From: Gracilinanus agilis
Taxonomy: Eukaryota
Direction: 5' to 3'
DNA length: 64,000 nt
Assembly: GCF_016433145.1 (NCBI RefSeq)
Contig: NC_058131.1
Span: 625,905,569 to 625,969,568, forward strand
Position 1 is the first letter of the stretch. The number at the start of each line of letters is the position of its first letter. A program made the position numbers and the translations under genes. This document shows positions 1-11,446 of the stretch, one piece after another. Under the pieces are notes generated by a model. That model saw nothing but the letters and a program-made list of their open reading frames with translations. It did not search any database and was not told the DNA's origin.

Positions 1-599
1 AATAAATAAATTTAAAAAAATTAGATGGCTCTTTAATATGTTAGAATCTATTGAGATGTGTTCAACATTTCCACTTAGAAGTAATTTGCTTCATTTGAAG
101 GACTGCAATTATTGCTGAGTGTAATATAAATTTGATTTGGGGCATGAGTCTACTCAGCCCAGGTCACCACATGACACATTAAAAAAAAACTCAAAATATA
201 CTTAATACTTTATTTTTTAAAAAAATCTAAAACACCAAGAACAAGTTTATGACAAAGGAAATAAATGCCCTGTGATTAGAAAGACAGTGAGAATTACAAA
301 GATGTTTTGATGGGGCAGGGGTAGAAGGAAGGTTGAGGTGATGATGAAATGTCTGAAAACCTTTTCTTTTAAGCAACAACAAATATACACCAGTGTTTAT
401 TTTTCTATCAAAGAAAAAAGACAAGGCCACCAAGTGGAAGGTCATCATCTGTTAGTTGTGATTTGTTTGTTTGCTTGTTTTTAAAAGTGGGGTGGGTGAA
501 ATAAGCACCTATTTCCATTCAACAAATTCCACAGTATTCTTCTTGGAGGGAGCCTGGGCACTGCCTACCGAAGGAGGAAAAAGAGTACTTGTATCCCTC

Positions 600-1707
600 A
601 GTTTGAGACATTTAATCCATTTATTAGAACTAACCAAATAAAGAGAAAAGGACATTTTTAGCTCTTCATTGAACCTGGTTAATGAAATATCTTTCAACTA
701 GTTCTCAGACATTGTTTTTAAAACATGGACAAAGAGAACATCTTTGGTTTTGTGATCAAAATATGCACGAGATGACATTTTCTCAAAAATGGCTTTTGTA
801 TACTGGCTTTATGTGATTTCACGGTTACTTATAAAATGTTAGCGCCCAATAGGATCTTGTCCTCATATTAATTTAAAAAAAAACACATTCTTACATCTTC
901 AATACCAGTGAATGAGGGATTTTTACTAAAAATAATTTACCAACAGTAGAGTTTCCTAGTCTTTTTCTCCCCTCTGAAAGGGTAGCACCCACACAAGTGG
1001 GTTTTTTGTTTTAAAGCAAGTTCTAGGCTATTTCTACATGTGTGGAATCATAAGCCAAACAACCTGAAACAAGAGTTTGCGCTGTCTAGAGCACAACTGC
1101 TCTGGGTTTGAGCCACCGAGCCTGGAGCCTGGCTCCCTCAAAGCAGGGAAAATTGAACTTTATCGGCCAGTACTAAATAGAGATGATGCTGATGATTTTA
1201 GGTTATCTTGGTTGCTGAAGCCAAAATTCCAAGTTGGAGAACCATTCAGCTACCAGGATTCTTTACATGTTTCCTCCCCCTCCCCCTAAAAAAAAACCAA
1301 CAACAAAAACGAAACTTCTTGTTATGGAACTATGAGCTAAATTTCAATAATGCAATTAATAAATTTGTATGTAGAAATACACAAACCATCCCTAACAATA
1401 ACATTAGCATTCCTGTTTATAACAGTGGATTAGGAATACCATGAAAGTGTCTTTTCCTTTTGTGTTATTTCCCTTGGTGGTGAAAAGGGACATGGGAGTC
1501 ATCCCTTCCACTCTCCCCACTACCTTGGGGAGGTGCAGGAGTCCTTAGCCAAAGATCTCCGTTCACAGTTGTCTCGATCCTTTCTTTTCCTTCTGAACAG
1601 ACTCTCCAAGCCCAATGTTTTCTGCTTTTAGGTCAGACCTTAACTTGGGAGGATTGTCATCCAAGGTCCATATCAATAATGTCAGTTTTTATTGGAAGGT
1701 CAGTTTC
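600..1707 (-). other. AFAP1L2: AFAP1L2 3' UTR (about 1.1 kb; distal end approximate)
   Basis: Repeat-free sequence following the stop codon, ending near the AATAAA/ATTAAA pair at 611-625. Confidence 0.7.
611..625 (-). terminator. Probable distal polyadenylation signals: AATAAA (620-625) and ATTAAA (611-616)
   Basis: Minus strand reads ttctAATAAAtggATTAAAtgtctca, followed by a pyrimidine/U-rich tract; actual use is inferred. Confidence 0.6.
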
Positions 1708-1734
1708 CTAACTTGCTCCTTTCTTCTCCCATTC
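1708..1734 (-). CDS. AFAP1L2: AFAP1L2 exon 19 coding part: EWEKKGAS*
   Basis: tgttccag acceptor then GAATGGGAGAAGAAAGGAGCAAGTTAG, matching the recalled human C-terminus. Confidence 0.96.
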   Translation of the reverse strand, partial: EWEKKGAS

Positions 1735-1879
1735 CTGGAACACAAAAACACCACCAAATTAATTTTTTTGGTAATAGAATTTTTGTTTCATGGATTAAAT
1801 TAGTACTTTGAATGAGCTTTAGCTTTTTTTCTGAAACAAAGCTATATCTTTCTTAACACCAGTAAGTCTCCTGTCATGG

Positions 1880-2200
1880 AATACCAGAGTTTTAAACAAT
1901 TGAAATGTGTGGATCACCCAGAAGACCAATGGGAGACCCTTGAGTGTGAGTAGTCTATTGCAGGAAAAGAGACTAGCCGAAAAATGTATAAACTTAAAAG
2001 ATTGTGAACTGGTTATGTAGAGAGGAAAGGGACACCCAGAGGACAGCCTATGCCATTGATATTCAAATCATGTCAAGAGATCTAAAAGAAAGCCTCCCAG
2101 CATGTTGGATGGAAGACTGATGGGAAGACACATACAAAAGGCCCACAAAGAGAAGGCGGTGATGGGTTGCAATCTGTACTGTTGGCATGAGTAGAGAGAC
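1880..2200 (+). mobile_element. Degenerate RTE-type LINE 3' fragment
   Basis: Resembles recalled marsupial RTE 3' end (gggaagacacatacaaaaggc...gatgggttgcaatctgtac); boundaries approximate. Confidence 0.5.
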
Positions 2201-3207
2201 ACAGATGAGATCAAAGAAATGGAATTTTATGCATCAAAAATACTTCCACTAAAATAATTCCACTAAAGCATGTGTTTCCCTGGTTCTAGGTGAGGCTTAA
2301 GTTCACTAGCATCAAAACTGCATTTGCAGTTATCACCATTAGTACAACAGAAAAGGGTATGGTGTTAGAAACTCATTCCCTAGGCTAGTTACTGTACTAA
2401 ATCTCCAGAAGTTAGATAAACCAGATTAATTTATATAGATTATGTTTCTTGGACCAGTGCTCTGGGGTGGATTCCAAAAAAGCCTCTTGCATGGTTGTAG
2501 AACAGAAATAAGGGCCAGATTTTGTTTTAGTTTTTGTTTTAGTTTTAGTTTTTTTTTTAAACCCAAAGATGCACTTGGCAGCCCCAGGCAAGTTGTATTT
2601 CTTTGCAAAGCAGAGAATGATGCATTAAGTTTCCTACCCACCTATTCTAGCCTGCAGGGAAAACCAAGTTACACTATTTCAGGAGAAAAGCAGTTGGCAG
2701 TGAAAACTAAAATCATGGAAGGCTCAGATGATGAGGGTTTGGTCTCTATGATCTTTTTATCCAGTAAGTTCAGCAAGGGTTTTCAAGTTCTTTCCCTATA
2801 GTTTACAGCTCTCCCAGCTGCTGATGAATTCACTAGGTGCTAGTTATAGAATCTATGTTCTATTTGACTTATTCATTTAAGCCCCACCAATGTAATGTAA
2901 CCTGCCTGATACTTAGTCATTGAGTCTAGTAAATAAAGGACAGTGAAGAACCCTTTCAGGTTTGGCTTTCCCTAAGGAGGAGCAGTACAGAATATCTTCA
3001 GACTCAGAACAATGGACTCTACCCAGAAAACAGATTTCTCTCCTGCTGCCCTGGTATTAATGGAGCTGTAGGGCCAGTCACCATCAGCTGTCCTCCCACT
3101 TGGGTGAAGCCATAGGATTTGGGAAAGAAAAGCAAATGCCAATGAAGCACCATGAACAAAGGATTCCACCCACTCTGCCAGCCACGGCAATCCCAAATCC
3201 TGCTTAC

Positions 3208-3330
3208 CAGAGCTTTCCTTAAGACTGTTCCCTTGCCTGTTACCATGACGGAAAGAGGTCTGTTTTTTAAAGCTATTGCAGAGTTGACTGGAGAAGAGTC
3301 TGCAACAGGAGCCGGATTGGGGACTTTGGT
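3208..3330 (-). CDS. AFAP1L2: AFAP1L2 exon 18 (123 nt): TKVPNPAPVADSSPVNSAIALKNRPLSVMVTGKGTVLRKAL
   Basis: gtcatttcag acceptor, gtaagc donor, phase 0-0. Confidence 0.96.
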
Positions 3331-3511
3331 CTGAAATGACAAAATGAAAACCATACCTCAGTTGAAAGGTTCTATTCAACTCTTCCTGCATCCCAGTGAG
3401 TGGCTGCCAAGACAGCCATGCAGAAAGAGGAATTGGACTCAAGTTGTGTCTATCTTTAGGCAAGGGATCTCTTCACTGGCTCAAAGAAGCAACAGCCTGT
3501 AGGGTACCTAC

Positions 3512-3705
3512 TTTGGGAGTTGTATTCTCCAGGTGGGTGGTGTCCACTGCTGTGCCTAAGGTCACAGGTCCTGCTTCTGCCTTCTTCAGGCTTTCTTTCA
3601 CCTCCATGATGCTCAGCTCCAGGTCCACACGTCTCTTCTCCTTTTCCCTGCACTCCTCCTCCATCTCCTTTAACTTCTGCTCCAGACAGGCCAGGGCACA
3701 CCTGT
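3512..3705 (-). CDS. AFAP1L2: AFAP1L2 exon 17 (194 nt): (D)[64 protein letters not shown]
   Basis: cctctttgcag acceptor, gtaggt donor, phase 1-0. Confidence 0.97.
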
Positions 3706-3967
3706 CTGCAAAGAGGAAGGACAAGGCAAATGGAGCCAGGTTTCCAAATGAAGTTTGGAGCTCCAAATGGAATTATGTTTCCATCAGAAGAACTATACTG
3801 TACTTGGCTGTACAGATAAGAAAAATGGAACCCTACTTGGAGAGCAAATGGTTCAATTCAGCCAATGTTTTTTGTGTGCCAAGACACAGAGCTACAAAGA
3901 CAAAAAAAAAGAAAGAGCTTTTCTTTGACTTACTCCAATGTCATGTTCCACTTCCAATCCAGCCATT

Positions 3968-4187
3968 TTTTTAAACCCTTACCTTCTATCTTAGGATTGA
4001 TACTGCTCTCTCTGGGTTATTAAATTATAAGTATCAATCTTAGGGTAGGAGGGCAGTAAGGGCTAGGGAATTGGGGTTAAGTGACTTACCCAGGGTCATA
4101 CCATTGGGAAGTATTTGAGGCCAGATTTGAACCTAGGACCTCCCAACTCCAAGTCTGGTCTTCTATCTACTGTACTTTTTAGCTGTC
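3968..4187 (-). mobile_element. Marsupial CORE-SINE, older copy
   Basis: CORE motif gttaagtgacttacccagggtca, B-box gatttgaacc, tail ccttaccttctatcttag. Confidence 0.8.
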
Positions 4188-4249
4188 CTCTGATCAGTTA
4201 TTATGATAGAGACTAAGGATGGCTTAGACCTCGGGCAAGCTATAGTAGA

Positions 4250-4500
4250 TAGATTGCCAATCCTAGAGTCAGAAAGAATTCAAATCTAGCCTTAGTCACT
4301 TAAATCTGTTTGCCTAAGTTTCCTCATTCATAAAATGGGGTAAAATAGCACCCCTCAAGGTTGTTGTGAGGATGAAATGATATATTTGTAAAACTGCTTA
4401 GCAGAGTACTTGGCACATAGGAAGCACTATATAATGTTAGCTATTATCATTACTCAACCTCCTCGGGTCTTAGTTTCTTCACTTCTAAAATGAGGTGGGT
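4250..4500 (+). mobile_element. MIR-type SINE fragments
   Basis: gtttcctcattcataaaatgggg...ttgtgaggatgaaatgatat MIR core. Confidence 0.7.
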
Positions 4501-5912
4501 AGACTAGATTAGAAGAGTCACACATGGACTTGCAAAAGTCCAGAGTTCCCCTGCCCCTCGTTTTTATTCAAGTCTGATACCACTGGACTAGATAACCAAT
4601 GAGTTATCTTTTGGTTCAAAATCTATGATCCTAGGAATGTTTTGATTTTTAAAAAGACTCAGACCTGTGCTTTTAGTTGATATAGGGGGCATATGATAAG
4701 GAAATTCCTCCATCATTTTTTTCTTTTTTCATTTAAGAGTCAGAGGCTTTGTGAGGGTTTAAGTGGCTTATCCAGGGTTGCAGAGTCATTATAGATCAGA
4801 AGCCTTTTCTCTATCTACAGTGCCACAGAGAGATGCAAAGAATAAGAGTCTAGTGCTGGTAAATGTATAAATAACTGGTTCTCTATGGAGAGAAAAACTG
4901 TATGGACTGACAAGAGGCACTATTTGCTCTGAATTCCAAAGCTTGCTTGCTTATAAGATGATGCTTTGCAGCTGAGGTAGCTTGATGTGTGTAATAATCA
5001 TCATTATTAATATTCTCTGTTTCCAAACTCTCGGAAACATTAGCAAGCCCTTATTTAACTATTATGTGAAGGTCACCTAGTAGATAGAAGGAAGCCCAAT
5101 AAGGGCCCTTGATACTTTGGATCTGAAGGGGAGGGAACAAGGTTAACATATGTTTGAATTCCCTACCTCTAGAAAGGTCACAAATCCTTTAGGAAAAAAA
5201 ACCACTATAGTTCAGTTCTGAAGCTCTTGCTCTGCATATGACAACCCCATCCATAGCCCTGTTTGTTCTTTCTGATGCCTTTCATCTCATGAAGGAAGGT
5301 TTGAATTCCAAGCCCTGGAGGCAGGAGGTCTGGTTTCTCCTCAGAAGAGGTTCTTTGGGTGCATGAACCACAGAAAATTTCCATCTTCCTTCTAGGAGAA
5401 GAATCCCCTGTCCAAGAGTTCTTAAAATTTTCTGTCATGGACTCCCTTGAGCAGTCTGATGGATCCTACCGGGTCCCTTCTCAGAATAATGTTTATTGCC
5501 TAAATTGACAGTTGAAGAAAATGCTATATTCCAAGAAGAGATTAGTGAGTCAATGCATAATTTTTTTCCTACCCTAGTTCAAACCCCCCCTGAAATTTAA
5601 CCATAGCATCTATGGACCCCAGACTAAGACTCTGCTTTAGGGGAAGGGGCTATATATCCATCCGTTAGTGGTTAGGAGACAACTTTTCTGCCTTTAAGTC
5701 CTTTTTCTTCTCCTGGAATAGACATCTGGACAGCATGGACTATTTGGCTGAGACATGAATTTTTTATTTTTGAAGGTAGCTCTTCTCCTATAGGCAATCC
5801 CTGAAATAACTGCCCTCTTTGGGTTATTAAATTCCTGTCACTACCAACTACTTCCCTATTTAGAATAATATTTGGAAAGTACTTTGCAAACTTTAGAGTA
5901 CTTTATTCCTCT

Positions 5913-5913
5913 T

Positions 5914-5945
<32 letters not shown>

Positions 5946-5951
5946 AATCAT
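5913..5951. repeat. (ATC)n microsatellite, about 12 units
   Basis: Directly visible. Confidence 0.95.
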
Positions 5952-6029
5952 TTGTTCTTAGCAGTCACCTTTTAGTCACTTTAAGATTCTTTTTTCTCCC
6001 AATGTTTATATATTAAATAACTTTCACAC

Positions 6030-6500
6030 TGCTAGGGATATACTCAAGGAGATTAAAGTCAGAAAGGTCCCATATATACTAAAATTTTCAAGCAGCATAC
6101 GCTGTGATAGCAAGAACTAACAACAAAGTCCATTAGTTAAGAGGCATGGCTGAACAAATGGTGTTGTGTGAATATAAAGGAATATTGTTACTGTGCATTT
6201 AAAAAATATTTAAGTGACTAAGGCAGTATTCCATAAATAGGGAATCAATCTCAGGGTCCAGAATCAAGTTGATTCATTAAAGAAATACTGTGTGAACTTG
6301 GAATTTGAAGGTGCTAAACTATACTTTAGAAGAAATTCCTTAATGAAAGCTCACTACAGCCATAAAATCCCAGATATGACTCCAAAAAGTAAAAGGTAAA
6401 GTGGCAAGTCTTAGGATTTGGAAAAATTGGGGAAGACTTTTATGAACTAATGCCAAAAGAAGTAAGAAGAATGGAGAAGAAAATATACAATGATTACAAT
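6030..6500 (+). mobile_element. Interrupted L1 3' fragments
   Basis: L1-like segments at about 6030-6200 and 6420-6500 separated by unrelated sequence. Confidence 0.45.
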
Positions 6501-6731
6501 TGTTTAAAAAAAGGCACTAGAAGGAAGTCAGACAGTAATTTATTAATTAATCAACCTTTAAGAATAGATTTTTAAAACACACCTCTTTTCTTTTGGGAGA
6601 AGTAGAGCTACATAAGGACAAGATAGAGCAAACACTGTCTGACATAGTGTCTGTAGAAGATGTTGTTGGGTTTTGGGTTTTTTTTTGGCTGAACAAATTT
6701 TTCTTAGGCAGAAGAATTCAATGTGGTGTAT

Positions 6732-6933
6732 GTTTATTTTTGTTTTTCTTTTAATTTTAAACCCTTAACTTCTGTGTATTGGCTCCTTGGTGGAAGAGTG
6801 GTAAGGGTAGGCAATGGGGGTCAAGTGACTTGCTCAGGGTCACACAGCTGGGAAGTGTCTGAGGCCGGATTTGAACCTAGGACCTCCCGTCTCTAGGCCT
6901 GACTCTTAATCCACTGAGCCACCCAGCTGCCCC
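6732..6933 (-). mobile_element. Full-length young opossum-type SINE (SINE1_Mdo-like)
   Basis: Head ggggcagctgggtggctcagtggattaagagtcagg, B-box ggttcaaatcc, CORE, tail aatacacagaagttaagggtttaaaa; near-identical to the copy at 54627. Confidence 0.9.
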
Positions 6934-7439
6934 GGTGCATATGCTTTTTGGAAGAGGAGGGGCTCTACCTGAAAATGTCTAAACTAAAATCAAAAAGTTT
7001 CCAAATAAGTGTATTTTAAAAGGAAACTGAGGGGAAGGGAGTCTTGAAGCAAAGGTTAGAGAGCTGCTTGTTGCACATGGTATAGAGGCAATTCTTTTTG
7101 GGTATGCCTTTGACATAATAGCTGCTGAAATCCCTTCCATTCTCTCAAATTATTTGATTTTATAATTCAAAAAGAAGCTCACTACTAGAGGGAATTCCCA
7201 GGACAAGGACATTTGGGAAGATAGTGGATTTGGCAAAGAGGCTATAGATTCATCACTCAAGGGTCTGTCTTTTGCCTCTGATGTAGGAAACAGATTCATT
7301 TAACTTGACAAAAAGTCACAGTTAGGATAAAGAGCTAAACTCAAGATTGCTTTATTGCCTTTGGGAAGAGAAGAGCTGACAGACAAGTCTTTGGCTGAAA
7401 CATGTACATACTATTGCATGCCTCCAGATAGTAGCATAC

Positions 7440-7604
7440 CTGTACATCTCACCACAGTGTCTTTCAGTTCCCGTCTTTCTCTCCGGAGCTGTGCGAGGTG
7501 ATTCCGAATTTCTTCCTTCTCCTTCTCAAGCCTCTTCTTTTCCTCTGTGTACCGCTTCACTTCAGCCTCAGTCCTATTCTTGCCAAGTTTAATTTCTACA
7601 GGAG
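7440..7604 (-). CDS. AFAP1L2: AFAP1L2 exon 16 (165 nt; 156 nt if the acceptor at 7595 is used): (A)PVEIKLGKNRTEAEVKRYTEEKKRLEKEKEEIRNHLAQLRRERRELKDTVVRCT; coiled coil
   Basis: cccttccattacag acceptor with a second in-frame AG 9 nt downstream, gtatgc donor, phase 1-1. Confidence 0.95.
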
Positions 7605-7744
7605 CTGTAATGGAAGGGAGGGCACAGTATGACTGGCAAATATCAACCTCCTTAAAGAGTTCATAGCTAGAGAAAGCTGGAAGTCTTTCCCAGAGCAGAG
7701 ATCTCGATGGGACAGGGGATAGAGAGAAGGTCATAAATATCTGT

Positions 7745-7955
7745 CCTTAGGGAACAGAGGAAGAAAGTAGAGCCTGAGAAGTAAAAATTGGAAAGCTTAG
7801 GAAGTAAATCAAAATAGTGAACCATAATATAGAGTAATCAAGAGAGAAGACACTTCAGGAAGGAAGGGATGATGACAACTATGTCAAATACTGCAGAGCT
7901 AGATGAAGAGAGGAAAAAGGCCAATTGATTTGGTAACTGGGAGAGCAATGGGGAA
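7745..7955 (-). mobile_element. L2 LINE fragment in intron 15
   Basis: Purine-rich L2 antisense text (tgtcaaatactgcagag...ccaattgatttggtaactgggag). Confidence 0.65.
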
Positions 7956-8005
7956 CAGGCACATTGTTGAATCATCGAGCTGGAAGGACATAGCTAGGAA
8001 CCCAC

Positions 8006-8198
8006 CTGCACTGGTCCCCTTGGGCTTCTCTGTTTTCTCTTTAGGGGTAGCCACTGGCTGTAGATGAGTCCCTGTTGCTGTGGTGAATGGAAAGTCAGGG
8101 AAACTCTGAGGAAAAGAGATTTTCTGTTGTTGGGTTTGGATTTTGACACCAGTGCCTCTCAGTGATGGCTCTTCTGATTCAGTCCTTTCTGGTTGTTT
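8006..8198 (-). CDS. AFAP1L2: AFAP1L2 exon 15 (193 nt): KQPERTESEEPSLRGTGVKIQTQQQKISFPQSFPD...KPKGTSA
   Basis: ttcctccaaacacag acceptor, gtgggt donor, phase 0-1; conserved VKIQT-QQ-ISFP. Confidence 0.92.
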
Positions 8199-8302
8199 CT
8201 GTGTTTGGAGGAAATAATAATAGTATCTGAGACAATGGGAGGGAATAGGAAAAGAGAAGAAAACAAGGCTTGGAATTATTTTCATGTGGGGTTGGCCAGT
8301 AC

Positions 8303-8557
8303 CTGTTCTTGTGCTATTTCCAAAGACTTTCTGCAGAATTCTGTTTCCTTGTCTGCTGAAGAGGTTTCAGTGCTGTCTTCTAATTCTGTCTTAAAGGTGG
8401 CTTTTTCCAAAAGTGGAGAGGAAGGAGGGGAAAGCTGGGCTTTCACATGACTGGGGCCAGGTGGAAAGGACACAAGGGGTGTGAGATCTAAGTACACTCG
8501 ATCTAATTCTTCAGACGTAGGGGCTCTCAGAGGAGTGCTTTCTTGTATTTGTTCCAC
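8303..8557 (-). CDS. AFAP1L2: AFAP1L2 exon 14 (255 nt): VEQIQESTPLRAPTSEELDRVYLDLTPLVSF...KSLEIAQEQ
   Basis: cttcctttgcag acceptor, gtactg donor, phase 0-0; conserved DRVYLDLTP; ORF 8282..8614. Confidence 0.93.
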
Positions 8558-9761
8558 CTGCAAAGGAAGACAATAAAGCAGACACCTGAAAAGTTTCCTA
8601 AGAGCTTTTGCCACCTCCTACTTGGAACATTATAGTTTTAATATGTATCTAATAAGCTCCTAATTGAGTCAAATATTCTCTACTACCGCACCTTGCCAAG
8701 CCACCTGAAGTCTCAAGCATCACCAGTGGGGATAGAAATGCAGCTGCCAGGAGCAGGGGGTGGGAATACATTCCTCCCTTGCTCAGGGCATTTAAGACTT
8801 CAAGAGAATGAAAAATGTGTCTTCTTCATCATATGATTAGTGATCTCTGCTATACTGTAATATTAGTGTTTCTGAAACCACAGGAAGACACCTCTACCTC
8901 CTAGCCTTAGTGAGATTGGGGGATCTCTACCTCCAATTCTGCATTCAGAAGCCTTGGGCTAAAATTTGACCTTATTATCATTACTGGCTTGAGTCCTGAA
9001 AGGGCTAGCTACTGATTTTTCAAGAGGAAAACACTCAGAATGCAAGAATTCACTGATTTCTAAGATTATTACTGCCTGTAACCCAAACACATTTCACACC
9101 CAGTGCTAAACAGTTGACTAACCAGTCTAGCTACATGCCTCCAACCTATAAAGAACCTTTGCTACCCAGATATCTCTAGTCCTGTCATACATAAGTGGCC
9201 CTCTGGTGCTCTTCTTTCACTACAGAGGAAGTCTTTGGCACTATTTCTTCATTATTCTCCTCCTCCTTGTGATGGGTGGCCATAGCTCTATTTCCAAAGT
9301 ATTCTGTAGAAATATTTCCCAACTCCATAGGTTGTAAATGTGCCACTTACCTCTTCAGAACATAGAAAGAGATGCAATAAAAAAATCAGAAGCTAATACT
9401 TGTACTCAGTATAAACATATTGAGCATGTACTCATCCCCCCCCCCCCAATATTTGTATATGAGAGAATCAGTCTCTGCTCCAGAGTGTAGGGTTTGCCCC
9501 TTAAGGAACTCTTGCCACAAGAGATGAGGTGATCTGAGAGGTAACAGGTAAAGGATGAGGATGGTTTTGTTGGAGATGAGCTCCATGACAGATCCATATG
9601 CTGAGAGCTTCTTTTGGGTTCTTTGCTCCTTCTGCCTGGTACATATATGAAAGTGCCCATCAAGTAAACAGTGCTTGAAAATCTGGCTCAATTATTCATC
9701 ATATTTGCATACTATTAAGGGTCACCTTTTCTTTGCACACTGGCCAAGATCAAAAACTTAC

Positions 9762-9879
9762 TAATGGTGTTGGCTCATTTGTATCCAGAATGACCTCATC
9801 ATAAGGCTCCTCGTGCTGGTGGCCTTTGGGCAGATTATCGATGTAGGCATTGGGCTCTGAATACTTTCTCTGCATCAAA
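9762..9879 (-). CDS. AFAP1L2: AFAP1L2 exon 13 (118 nt): (F)LMQRKYSEPNAYIDNLPKGHQHEEPYDEVILDTNEPTPL
   Basis: taccttccag acceptor, gtaagt donor, phase 2-0. Confidence 0.95.
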
Positions 9880-10432
9880 CTGGAAGGTATAATAAGCATG
9901 AGACATTAGGAGAGGTAGGGGAACATGAATACCAGAAATATTCAGATTATCTCCAATAGAAATAGATAGGATCTAATGAGAGCTCACTCAGCACATCTTC
10001 CTGCTTTTGGATTGAGAGAGGTGATGGAACACCATGCACAAACCTCATTTGGGAGACTCGGATCTCATATCCTGGACCTCTTATTTGTGCATGCTGATGG
10101 GAGTAGAGACCCCCATTCCTCTACAATTCTCCATGAGAGTGAGCTGAGGATACTGAGCAGGACTAATTTTTTTTTTATTGGATCTGGTGTTTCATGGTGA
10201 GTAGGGAGAGCTCCCAGGAAGGGACTTTTAATGCCAGTCCAGAAAAGAATTATCTCTGCAATTTCCAGTATTAAAGAGTTGCCTAGGGGACTGAGAAATC
10301 AGGTCATTTGTCCACAATCATTTAGCAAGTCTGTGTTGGAGGCAGGACTTGAACCTAAACCTTCCTGACTCTGGAACTAGCTTTGTATATGTACTAGGGC
10401 CATCCCATATCACTTTTTAATTTTTTTGAAAC

Positions 10433-10590
10433 ACTTATTTTCTGACTTAGAATCAATATTAAGTTTAAGATTCCAAGTCAGAAGAGCAGGAAGAGCTAGA
10501 TTAAGTGACTTGCTCAGAGTTACACGGCCAGAAAGCAAACCCAAATCTGAACCCAGGACCTGGCTCTCCATCGACTGAGTCCTCTAGATG
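10433..10590 (-). mobile_element. Marsupial CORE-SINE, degraded
   Basis: cttagaatcaatatt tail and ttaagtgacttgctcagagttacac CORE. Confidence 0.75.
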
Positions 10591-10746
10591 CCTCCTAAAT
10601 CACTTTCGGTGAGAAGTAATGTTACCTGCACCAAAAGTAACTCGTTTATGGCCCTACTCCAGCTGGATCTTCATTCTTCCGTCCCCTTTCTTGCACACGG
10701 AATCCTACCTGAGACAGGAAGAGAGAAGTTTTGCCCCAGAACTTAC

Positions 10747-10892
10747 AAGAAAGAGGTCTTTGCTGCACTCACAATGCAGGAAACTCGATCTGCATCCACA
10801 TAGTCATAGGTGAATTCTTCTGGGTCGGTCTTGGATCCAGACTCTGACAGGAGGAGGCCCAGCCAGTGGCCCATTTCCTCGGATGATTTGGC
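10747..10892 (-). CDS. AFAP1L2: AFAP1L2 exon 12 (146 nt): AKSSEEMGHWLGLLLSESGSKTDPEEFTYDYVDADRVSCIVSAAKTSF
   Basis: ctccattttcag acceptor, gtaagt donor, phase 0-2. Confidence 0.97.
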
Positions 10893-11446
10893 CTGAAAAT
10901 GGAGAAAACAGACCAGTCCAATGAAAGCAGCATCCTATACCCTCTAAAAGGCTTTTTCACTGCCAAGGTAAGACATTTACTAGGAAAGGCTTAGCCCGTG
11001 TGCATTTGCAAAGAATCACTCTTTCCCAAAGCAGCTAGACTGTAGGTGTCTGAGCTGCCTTTGTAAGCAAATCCCCACATGGATGTAAAAATAGCATTCT
11101 GAGGGCTCTGGGAGCCTTTGTTCCTAGATTTCCCCTCTTCATAAATATGTAGGGGGCACAACATAAAGGAATATATGGCAACATCACCCATTTGATTTAT
11201 TATGTGATTCTTGTGCCAGGAAAAAGAAAAAATTGCTTGAAAATTTATGAATCTTCAGTTTACATGACTATAAACTCTTTGATGGCAGGGATGAGGTCTT
11301 TTGTAAATTTTGCCAAGCACAATTGTTAAACCATTAGTTGATGGGGCAGCGTGATGGCTCCATGGATTGACCCACTAAAAATGAAAAAAGTTATTGGAAT
11401 TTCATAGCTATTTCACTACCTATTGGGGTCTTCAACTAATAATTTT

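Noticed and set aside
2972-3463. 163-aa minus-strand ORF
   Set aside because: Out-of-frame read across exon 18 and adjacent introns; no recognisable protein
3396-3974. Longest ORF in the track (192 aa, plus strand)
   Set aside because: Antisense shadow of exon 17; the Ser/Phe/Leu-rich composition mirrors coiled-coil codons, it has a non-ATG start and runs into a SINE tail
3990-4045. 10-bp inverted repeat gattgatact / agtatcaatc
   Set aside because: Explained by the intrinsically palindromic tail of the marsupial SINE
9501-9635. Possible extra exon between exons 13 and 14 (AG at 9636-9637)
   Set aside because: The required phase-0 frame reaches TAA at 9501-9503 with no convincing donor, and the acceptor lacks a polypyrimidine tract
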